64,000 nucleotides of DNA, taken from NCBI GenBank assembly GCA_030390025.1, contig CM059431.1:141796001-141860000 (forward strand), given 5' to 3'. Made by a program: the position numbers and the translations under genes. This document shows, one piece after another, positions 23,453 through 34,600 of the stretch (its first letter is position 1; every line of letters begins with the position of its first letter). The notes below the pieces were generated by a model. It did no database searches. It was not told the origin of the DNA and saw only the letters and a list, made by a program, of their open reading frames with translations. This DNA is from Squalus acanthias. Lineage: Eukaryota.

Positions 23453-26441
23453 TATGGCAGGGGAATTGGAACCTATGTAGCGAAACAGGGGGAAGTAATA
23501 TGCAGTCAGAAACAAATGTTAGAAGGGTGAGAAACAATAAAGGAAATCCGAGTAAACAAAGGCAAGAAACACAAAGGGCCATACTAAATCATAAGTCTAA
23601 AAGGACAAAGGGTGTTAATAAAACAAGCCTAAAGGCTCTGTGTCTTAATGCAAGGATTATCCGTAATAAGGTGGATGAATTGACTGTGCAAATTGATGTT
23701 AACGGATATGATGTGATTGGGATTACAGAGACGTGGCTCCAGAACAATCAAGGCTGGGAACTGAATATCCAGGGATATTCAACATTCAGGAAGGATAGAA
23801 TAAAAGGAAAAGGTGGTGGGATAGCATTGCTGGTTAAAAAGGAGATTAATGCAATAGCTAGGAAGGTCATTAGCTTGGAGGATGTGGAATCATTATGGGT
23901 TGAGCTGCAGAACACCAAAGGGCAGAAAACGTTAGTGGGGGTTTTGTACAGACCTCCAAACAGTAGTAGTGAGGTGGGGGAGAGTATGAAACAGGAAATC
24001 AGAGGTGCATGCAAAAAAGGCGCAGCAGTTATCATGGGTGACTTTAATATGCATATAGATTGGGCGACTCAAACTGGAAGCAATACGGTGGAGGAGGATT
24101 TCCTGGAGTGTTCAAGGAATGGTTTCCTAAACCAATATGTTGAGGAACCAACTAGAGGGGAGGCTATCCTGGACTGGGTGTTGTGTAATGAGGAAGGACG
24201 AATCAGCAATCTTGTGGTGCGAGGCCCCTTGGGGAAGAGTTACCATAGTATGGTGGAGTTCTACATTAGGATGGAGAAGGAAACAGTTAATTGAGAGACC
24301 ATGTTCCAGAACGTAAATAAGGGCAACTTTGAGGGTATGAGGCGTGAATTGGCGAGGTTAGATTGGCAAGCGATATTTAAGGGGTTATCAGTGGAAGGGC
24401 AATAGCGGACATTTAGAGATCGCATGGATGAACTACAGCAATTGTACATCCCTGTCTGGCGTAAAATTAAAAAAGGGAAGGTGGCTCAACCATGGCTAAC
24501 AAGGGAAATCAGGGATAGTATTAAAAGCAAGGTAGTGGCATGCAAATTGGCCAGAAGTAGCAGCAAACCCGGGGACAGGGATAACTTTAAAACTCAGCAG
24601 AGGAGGACGAAGGGTTTGATTAGGGCAGGGAAAATAAAATATGAAAGGAAGCTTGCGGAGAACATTAAAACGGACTGCAAAAGCTTCTATAAATATGTAA
24701 AAAAAAGAGGTTAGTAAAAACAAACGTAGGTCCCCTGCAGTCAGAAACAGGGGAAGTCATAATGTGGAACAAAGAAATGGCAGATCAATTGAACAAGTAC
24801 TTTGGTTCGGTATTTATTCTGGAGGACACAAACAACCTTCCGGAAATAAAAGAGATCAAAAGATCTGGTAAGAGGGAGGAGCTGAGGGAAATCCTTATCA
24901 GTCGGGAAAAGGTGTTGGGGAAATTGATGGGACTGAAGGCTGATAAATCCGCAGGGCCTGATGGTCTGCATCCCAGAGTACTTAAGGAGGTGGCCTTGGA
25001 AATAGTGGATACATTAACGATCATTTTCCAACATTCCTTGGACTCTGGATCAGTTCCGAAGGAGTGGAGGTTGGCTAATGTAACCTCTCTTTTTAAAAAA
25101 GGAGGGAGGGAGAAAGCAGGGAATTATAGACCGGTCAGCCTGACATCGGTGGTGGTTAAAATGATGGAATCAATTATTAAAGATGTCATAACAGACAATT
25201 TGGAAAGTGGCAACATGATAGGTCCAAGTCAGCATGGATTTGTGAAAGGGAAATCATGCTTGACAAATCTTCTGGAATTTTTTGAGGATGTTTCCAATAG
25301 GGTAGACGGGGGGCGGGGGGACCAGTAGATGTGGTGTATTTGGACTTTCAGAAGGCCTTCGACAAGGTCCCACACAAGGAATTGGTGTGCAAAGTTAAAG
25401 AACATGGGATTGGGGGTAATTTGTTGACATGGATTGAGAACTGGTTGGCACCCAGGAAAGAAAGAGTAGGAGTAAATGGATCCTTTTCAGAATGGCAGGC
25501 AGTGACTAGCGGTGTACCGCAGGGTTCGGTGCTGGGGCCCCAGCTGTTTACATTATATATTAATGATTTGGACGAAGGGATTAATTGTCATATCTAAAAA
25601 ATTTGCGGATGACACTAAATTGGGAGTCAGTGTGAACAATGAGGAGGATGCTAGGAGGCTACAGAGTGACTTGGACAGGTTGGGTGAATGGGCAAATGTA
25701 TGGCAGATGAAGTACAATGTGGATAAATGTGAGGTTATCCACTTTGGTGGTAAAAATAGGGAGGCAGACTATTACCTGAATGGTGGCAGATTAGGGAAAG
25801 GGGAGATGCAACGAGACCTGGGCGTCATGGTACATCAGTCACTGAAGGTGGGAAGGCAAGTGCAGCATGCCGTCAAGAAAGCAAATGGCATGATGGCCTT
25901 CATAGCAAGGGGATTTGAGTACAGGAGTAGGGAGGTGATGCTACAGCTGTACAGGGCCTTGGTGAGGCCACACCTGGAGTATTGTGTGCAGTTTTGGTCT
26001 CCTAACTTGAGGAAGGACATTCTTGCTATTGAGGGAGTGCAACGAAGGTTCACTAGATTGATTCCTGGGATGGCCAGAATGACATATCAAGAAAGACTGG
26101 ATCAACTGAACTTGTATCCTCTGGAGTTCAGAAGAATGAGGGGGGATCTTATAGAGACGTTTAAAATCCTGACTGGTTTAGACAAATTAGATGCCGGCAG
26201 AATGTTTCCAATGTTAGGGAAAACTAAAACGAGGGGTCACAGTCTAAGGATAAAGGGGAAGTCATTTAAGTCTGAGATGAGGAGGAACTTCTTCACCCAG
26301 AGAGTGGTGAATCTGTGGAATTCTCTACCACAGAAGGTTGTTGAGGCCAGTTCGCTAAATATATTCAAAAGGGAGTTAGATATAATACTCACAACTAGGG
26401 GGATCAAGGGGTATGGTGAGAAAGCAGGAATGGGGTACTGA
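23449..26441 (+). pseudogene. CR1 ORF2 (APE endonuclease + RT), disrupted
   Basis: ORF pieces 23500-24294, 24424-24714, 24762-25328, 25331-25597, 25512-26441. Confidence 0.93.
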
Positions 26442-26854
26442 GGTAGCATGTTCAGCCATGAACGCATTAAATGGCGGTGCAGGCTCGAAGGACCGAATGG
26501 TCCACTCTTGCACCTATTTTCTATGTTTCTATGTTTCTATACACACAAATCCTTAAATGTGGCAGGAGAAGTTGAAAAGTTGGTTCAAAATTACTTGATG
26601 TAATTGGGTTTATAAATAATGGAATATAATATTGAAACAACGCGATCATGCGGGAATTTTATAAATCACTGGTAAATCCTCAGCTGGAGTATTGTTGACA
26701 ATTCTGAGCACCACACTTCAGGAAAGATGTAAACGGCTTATAAGGTGAACAGAGGAAGTTTACCAGGATTTTACCAGGGATGAGGAACTTCAGTTATGAG
26801 GAGAGGTTGGAAAAGTTAGGACTTTTCTCCTTGGAACAGAGAATGTTAAGAGGA

Positions 26855-27840
26855 GCAAAGGCTATGGGCACCGACAATATCCCGGCTGTTGTGCTGATGA
26901 CTTGTGCTGCAGAACCAGCCGCGCCTCCAGCCAAGCTGTTCCAGTACAGCGACAACACTGGCATCTATCCGACAATGTGGAAAATCGCCCAGGTATGCCC
27001 TATTCACAAAAAGCAAGACAAATGAAGCAGTCCATAGCCGCATGCAACAAGACCTGGATGACATTCAGGGTTGGTCTAATGAATGGCAGGTAACATTTGC
27101 GCCACACAAGTGCCGGGCAATGACTATCTCCAACAAGCGAGAGTCTAACCACCGCCCCTTGTCATTCAATGGCATTACCATCGCCGAATCCCCTATCAAC
27201 ATCCTGAGGTCACCATTGACCAGAAACATAAATGGACCACCACATAAATACTGTGGCAACAAGAGCAGGTCAGGTGCTAGGTATTCTGCGGCAAGTGTCT
27301 CAGCTCCTGAATTCCCAAAGCCTTTCCGGCACCTACAAGGCACAAGTAAGGAGCGTGATGGAATACTCGCCACTTGCCTGTATGAGTGCAGCTCCATCAA
27401 CACTTAAGAGGCTCGACACCATCCAGGACAAAGCAGCCGGCTTGATTGGCATCCCATCAAACACCTTAAACATTCATTCCCTCCACCACCATCGTATCAT
27501 CAACATGATGCACTGCAACAACTCCGCCAGGCTTCTTCGACAGCAACTCACAAAACCGCGACCTCTACGACCTAGAAGGACAACGGCAGCAAGCACGTGC
27601 GAACAAAACCACCTCCAAGTTCCCCTCCAATCACACGCCATCCTGACTTGGAAGTTTATCGCCGTTCCTTCATCGTCGCTGGGTAAAAATCCTGGAACTC
27701 CCTACCTAACAGCGCCTTCTCCACACGGATTGCAGTGGTTCAAGAATGCGGCTCACCACCACCTTCTCAAGGGCAATTAGGGTTGGGCAACAAATGCTGG
27801 ATTTGCCAGCGACGCCCAGATCCCGTGAATGAATAAAAAC
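26855..27840 (+). mobile_element. Second CR1/L2-group LINE family, internally deleted 3' part
   Basis: AKAMGTDNIPAVVL...WKIAQVCPIHKK; YKAQVRSVMEYSP; ends TGAATGAATAAAAA. Confidence 0.85.
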
Positions 27841-29014
27841 AAATAATTAGAGTTTTACAAGATGATGTGAGGTTTGATAGAGAAAAACGATTATCTCTGG
27901 GGAGTGGGTAAAGAACTAACGATATTGGCGAGCTTTACATATCAGTGAATCCGGAGGCAATTTGTTGCATCCAAGACTGAGTTTTAAGCCGGAAGCTCAA
28001 CTTCTCCCGATAGCTTGTGCGACTCTCACCTCGGCAAAATCATCGACTGAAGAGATTCTCAGTAAACTTCCTCATATTTGCAATCAGATCAATTACAACG
28101 GAAGCTTCCCGATGCCGGTCCTCAATCCCAGGTTTTGATCCCACCAGATCTCCTCTCTGAACATAGTGACCTTTCTCCAGTTCCAGTTAGTGCAGTGATT
28201 GTTCGAATTCTCTCTCTCCACCTTCCTGCGATACTGTTCAATCATAGAAACTTTGAATATAAGCATTATTCACCTTAATAAGAGATTCTGTTACAGGCAA
28301 ACAATGGGACTATTTTTTTGAGTGTAAACATATTTAATTTGAAAATATTTAAAAATTGTTGAGTTACTTACTTTAATAATAAATAGCTCTTTTGATTGAC
28401 CCTATCACAATATCTGCTGCCAACTCCAGCTCCGCCCACAGTAATACACCAGCGTTGGGGCGTAACCAGGGGCGGAAAGTTGTCTCCAGGTGACAACACA
28501 CAGGATACAGGAGACAATCACACATCAGCCAGTAACGATGTCACAAAGCAGCCGGTGCCCCTCCCCCTCGATGTGTTCCAGGGTCACATGACCATGCTCT
28601 GCTCCTGGTTCGCAGTCTCACTGGGCATGAACACATGTTGTGCTATCACTCCTGTCTCCGACCCCGCCCCCATTTACTCTGACTCGAGGTCGGGAGCACA
28701 CCCTCCAGAATTACCCCTTACGCATTCTCCCTCCCATCATCCAAATGCGAAGTCCCACTCTTTAAGGACCCCATGTCCAACACTTGTTTATAAATTTTAA
28801 CGTCCCCCTTCTCTATATCAGGCAGCGTGTCTCCCTCCTGCTTTGGCAGTGAGAGGCAGTTTGAGTTAATAATGCTGAGATGAGGCAGTGATATCACAGA
28901 CACTTCTGTCTTCTTAAAGCAGTCTACTCGCTTTAACAATAAGGAGCATCAGAGAAAACATTTGGGGGGATCATCAGTAGTGTCAAGTGGCTTAATCATC
29001 GTGGTAGGAAAAGC

Positions 29015-29680
29015 AAGGGTTAGATATAGGGTAAAGTTCGCTTAACACTGTACCATCAGACACTGGCTGGGCAGGTATGGCATGGGTTAGACACAGAGTA
29101 AAGCTCTATCTACACCGTGCAATCAAACCATCCGTGGGCAGCTACAGCAAGGGTTTACTCCAGAATAAAGCTCCATCTACAGTCTTCCCTCAAGTACTCC
29201 CACTGCAGGTAAAGTACGGGTCAGATTCAAAGTAATGCTCCCTCTACACTGTCCCATCATATACTCCCATGGCATGTAGAGGACGGGTTAGGTACAGAGT
29301 AAAGCTCCCACTACACTGTCCCATCAAATACTCCCAAGATATCTACAGCAATTGTTAGATATAGAGAAAAGCTCCCGCTACACACTTCCATCAAATACTC
29401 CCAGGGCAGGTACAGCACGGGTTAGATACAGTATTAAGCTTCTTTTCCACTGTCCCGTCAAATATTCCAAGGGCAGGTACGACAGGGGTTAAATGCAGTG
29501 TAAATCTCGCTGTATTTTGATTCATCAAGCACTGTCAACTGAGTTACAGCATGTGCTCAATGCAGCGTAAAGCTCCTCAGACACTGTCCAATGAAGCAAA
29601 TCAATCCAGGTACAGCACGGTACGGTTACAGGATAAACTTCCGTGTACATGTAATTTTCAAGCTCTCCCAGGTGAGGTAT
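29015..29680 (+). repeat. 67-bp minisatellite (GGGTTAGATACAGAGTAAAGCTCCCTCTACACTGTCCCATCAAATACTCCCAGGGCAGGTACAGCAC)
   Basis: Unit starts at ~29017, 29083, 29151, 29218, 29285, 29352, 29419, 29486. Confidence 0.92.
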
Positions 29681-30829
29681 GGGCAAGATTCACACACGTG
29701 TGAATCCCCAGTCAAATTGCGGCATCAAAGGCCGAGCCGTACAGCAAATGTTGAACAGCTGCCGATACCGGGTTCGATTCTCACCTCGGCAAAATCCTGG
29801 ACTGATTGGATTCTCAGGAAAGTTCCCCAATCATGATGAGCATTGCTGAAGCTTTCTGTTTTATCCCGTCTTTGATTCTGGGGGCCATGGTACCAAGAGA
29901 TATGTTGTGTGAAACCAATGACATTTCTCCGACCCCAGTTAGTGTGGTGATGATTCGCCTTCTCTCTCTCTCCACCGTCCTGAGATACTGCTGACTCCGA
30001 GAAACCACCAATATATAAAAATGATTCATGTTAATTCCATAAACTGTGATCGGAATACAATGGGACTAACTTTGCGGCTATGAATATATTTAATTTGAAT
30101 ATGTTTACAATTAATTACATTTGGTTGAACAACTTACTTTAATATTAAATGTTCTTTTCTGTCCTTGCCCATATTTATAGGGACTATACTCAATAACAAT
30201 ATCTACTGCCAACTCCAGCTCCGCCGACAATAACTCACCACTGATGGGCCATAACCAGGGGCGGAAACCTGTCTCCAGGTGATATCATAAAGGAGCCAGG
30301 AGCCAATCATACAACAGCCAGTAACAATGTCACAAAGCAGCCGGAGCTCCGCCCAGTCGAGGTGTCGCAGGGTCACATGACCATGCTCTGCACCTGGTGT
30401 GCAGTCTCACTGGGGATGAACACATGTTGTTCATTCAGTCCCGTCTCCGACCCGTTCCATCTACTGAAATCCCAGGCAATGAGCACAACCACGCAAAATT
30501 GCCGCTTACTCATTCTCCGTCCCATCCTCCAAATATGAGGTCCCACTATTCAATGGGCCAAATGTCCACCTTTTGATTTATACACCCCAAACACTCCCTC
30601 ACATGATATCAAGTAGTGCGTCTCCCTCCTTTCTCGACAGTGGAATGCAGTTTGAGGTAATGGTGCGTTGATGAAGGTATAACAACCACCTCATCTGTGT
30701 TCTAAAACTAGTCTATTCCCTGTAACAGGAAGGGCGTCTAAGGCACATTGCAGGGATCATCAGGGCTATACATGGGTATGGCCATATGAAGAATAATTGG
30801 TGGTGAAGTCATTGGCAATAATAGTTAAT

Positions 30830-31260
30830 TCTCTGTCTACACTGTCCCATCAAACACTCACAGTTCAGGTACAGCCTGGCTTACATACAGTGTAAAACAT
30901 ATTTAAAGTGCCAATAAAACACTCCCACTTCAAGTCAAGCAGGAGATGGATACGGAGTAATGTTCCCTCTAAATTGTCCAATCAAACACTCCCAGGTTCG
31001 GTACAGTATGGGTAAATACAGAGCAAAGTTCCCTCAACACTGTCCCATCTGAAACTCCCAGGATAGGTAGACAGGGGTTAGATACAGTGTAAATCTCACT
31101 GTATTATCGTTCATCAAGCACAGTGAACTCAGATACAGCATGTGACCAATGCAGTGTACAGCTCCTCTGAAACTACCCAAAGAAGCTCACCATCTCACTT
31201 AAGGCATGGTATGAATACAGGACAGAAATCCCTGCACATGTAAGCATCACGCACTCCCAG
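30830..31260 (+). repeat. 67-bp minisatellite, second array
   Basis: Same unit as 29015-29680, inside the second tandem copy. Confidence 0.88.
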
Positions 31261-31631
31261 TGAGGTATGGGCGAGCTTTACATCCCAGTGAATCTCCAGT
31301 CAAATTGCCGTATCAAAAGCCGAGCCTTTTGCCAGAAATTAAACGGCTTCCAACAGAGTGTTAGACTCTCACCTTGAAAAAATCCTGTACTGATAGGATT
31401 CTCAGTGGATCTCCTGGCCTTTCCAATCATTCATGATGCTTCCTGATTAATCCCGTCTTGTTCAATGAGAGTGTTGGTCCCATCAGATATGCTCGTTGAG
31501 TCGCAGTTAGTGTGATGCTGATTCGAAATTGCTCTCTCTACCTTCCTGAGATAATGCTCACCCCGAGAATCATTTAATATCAAAATGATTCATTAATTCT
31601 GGAATCTGTTACTCAACAACAATGGGACTAA

Positions 31632-34600
31632 AAAGAGATTGTAACGGGACAAAAGATGGCTCTAGATGAAGTGTAAATGGCAGAATGATCGAAAGCTGCC
31701 ATGTGGGAGAGAGAAAAAAAATGGGAAAAAAAATGGATAGGGGCAGAGGTTATGGTCTGAAATTGTTGAACTCTATGTTGAGTCCGAAGACTGTAAATTG
31801 ACTAATCGAATGATGAGGTGCTGCTACTCGAGCTTACGATGAGCTTCATTGGAACAGTGTAAGAGGCCGAGGACAGAGAGGTCAGAGTGGGAGTGGAGCG
31901 AAGAATTAAAGTGACAGGCGACTGGAAGCTCAGGGTCAACCTTACGGACTGAACGGAGGTGTTCCGCAAAGCGGTCACCGAAGCTGCGTTTGGTCTCCCC
32001 AATGTAGAGGAGACCGCATCGTGAGCAGCGAGGTCCCCTCTCAATCTTCTAAACTCCAGTGTGTACATCCCTAAACTACATAGTCTCTCCTCATAGGTCA
32101 ATCCCGCCATTCCTGGTATCAGCCTGGTGAATCGCCGCTGCACCCCCTCCATGGCAAGAACATCTTTCCTCAGATGAGGCGACCAAAACTGTACACAGTA
32201 CTCGAGGTGTGGTCTCACCAGTGCCCTGTACAGCTGCAGCAAGGTATCCCTGTTCCTGTATTCCAACCCTTTTGCTATGAAGGCCAGCATACCGTTTGCC
32301 TTCTTGACCGCCTGTTGCACCTGCATGCTCGCCTTCAGTGACTGGTGTACAAGAACACCCAGGTCTCTCTGTACTTCCCCCTCTCCCAATTTATTGCCAT
32401 TTAAATAATAATTTGCCCTCCCGTTCCTGCACCCAAGGTGGATAACTTCGCACTTGTCCACATTATAGTGCATCTGCCATTTATCCGCCCAATCACCCAG
32501 TCTGTCCAAATCGCTCTGGAGCTTCCTGGTCTCCTACTCTGAGCCCACCCCCCCTCCTAGTTTAGTGTCGTCTGCAAATTTGGAAATGCTGCATTCGACT
32601 CCCTGATCCAGGTCATTAATATAAATTGTGAACAGCTGGGGACCCAGGACAGATCCCTGTGGTACCCCACTTGTTACTGCCTGCCATTCAGAAAATGAGC
32701 CGTTTATTCCAACTCTCTGTTTTCTATCTGACAGCCAGTTCTCTATCCACGTCAATACTTTCCCCTTTATCCCATGAGCTTCAATTTTCCATGCTAATCT
32801 TTTATGTGGGACCTTATCGAAGGCCTTTTGGAAGTCCAGGTACACCACATCTACTGGCTCTCCCCCATCTATTTTACCAGTTACTCCCTCAAAAAATTCC
32901 AATAGATTAGTCAAGCACGATTTACCCTTTGTAAATCCATGTTGACTCTGTCCTATCCTGTCCCCATTTGCTAAGTGCTCGGCTATTTCATCCTTAATGA
33001 TGGACTCCAGCATTTTGCCCACAACTGATGTAAGGCTTACAGGTCTGTAATTACCTGCTTTTTCCCTACCCCCCTTTTTGAATAGTGGGGTAACGTTAGC
33101 TACCCTCCAATCCATGGGCACTGTTCCCGAGTCTAATGAATTCTGAAAAATCATGCTTAGTGCATCCGCTATCTCTAGGGCCACCTCCTTCAGTACCCTA
33201 GGATGCATGTTATCAGGCCCTGGGGATTTGTCCGCCTTCAATCCCTTTAGCTTCCTTAACACCATATCCTTAGAGATATTGATTTGCGTCAGTTCCTCCT
33301 TTGCCAATGTCCCTATTTTTCCCGATATCCCAGGGAGGTTTTTTGTGTCTTCCTTCGTAAAGACTGACCCAAAGTATGCATTTAGTTGGTCTGCCATTTC
33401 CTTATTTCCCATTATATATTCCCCCGTATCTGACTGCAATGGACCAACTTTGGTTTTCACCAGTCTTTTCCTCTTGATATACTTATAAAAGCTTTTGGAG
33501 TTAGTTTTTATATTTTCCGCCAGCTTGCTTTCGTAAGCTATTTTGCCCTTCTTGATTAAGCCCTTTGCCCTCCTTTGCTCTATCTTAAACTGTTCCCAAT
33601 CTTCCGCTCTGGCGCGTTTTTTGGCTATTTTATACGCCCTATCTTTGGATTTTATGCTGTCTCTAATTTCCCCTGTTATCCACGGTTGAGTCACCTTTTT
33701 AGATTTCCTTTTATGCCAGATTGGTATAAACAATTTTTGCAATTTTGTCATTCTATCTTTAAATGCTTGCCATTGTTTATCTACCTCCAGTCCTCCCAGG
33801 AACGTTGTCCAATCAGACCTACTCAGTTCCCGTCTAATGGCATCATAATTCCCCTTGTTTAAATTCAGGACCTGAGTCTCTGAGTCAATTTCTTCGCTCT
33901 CCATTTCGAGTGAGAAATCGATCATGTTATGATCGCTCTGACCCAAGGGTCCCCGTACAACAAGATTACTAATTAGTCCCTTCTCATTGCACAGTACCCA
34001 GTCCAATATAGCCTGTTCCCGAGTTGGTTCCTCGACATATTGATCCAGATAACCATCCCTTAAACACTCAAGGAATTCCTCCTCCTCATTATTTTTACTG
34101 ATTAGGCTAGTCCAATCTATATGTAAGTTAAAGTCACCTATGATGACAGCTGTGCTCTTATTGCACGCTTCTCTAATTTCCCTCGTGATGCCCTCCCCAA
34201 CCTCTATTTTACTATTTGGAGGCCTATATACCACTCCTATTAATGTTTTTCGCCCCTCGCTATTTCTTAGCTCCACCCATATAGATTCTGTATTAACTGA
34301 GTTAATATCCTTCCTTTCAATTGCATTTATCCCCTCTTTTACCAGCAATGCTACCCCTCCTCCCTTTCTTTTTTGTCGATCCTTCCTAAATACTGAATAC
34401 CCCTGTATGTTAAGCTCCCAGCCCTGCTCACCCTGCAACCATGTTTCCGTAATCCCAATTAGATCATAATTATTAACCTCTATTTCCACAGCTAATTCAT
34501 CTACCTTGTTCCTGATGCTTCTCGCATTAAGGTATAAAACCCTCAGGCTTTTTTTATGCTCACATTTTTTATGAATTAGTTTGGCCCTTTGTTTTTTGTT

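Larger units (their letters stand above)
22080..26542 (+). mobile_element. Full-length CR1 LINE nested in an older CR1 fragment (~21700-26855)
   Basis: TSD TCTATAC (22073-22079, 26536-26542); ORF1, ORF2 and (TTTCTATG)n tail; host RT sequence resumes after the TSD. Confidence 0.96.
27925..31630 (-). repeat. Tandem ~1.6-1.75-kb unit (two full copies + one partial) with exon-like segments
   Basis: Anchor (C/T)TCTCACCT...AAAATC at ~28023, ~29778 and ~31366; minus-strand AG/GT sites conserved between copies. Confidence 0.88.
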
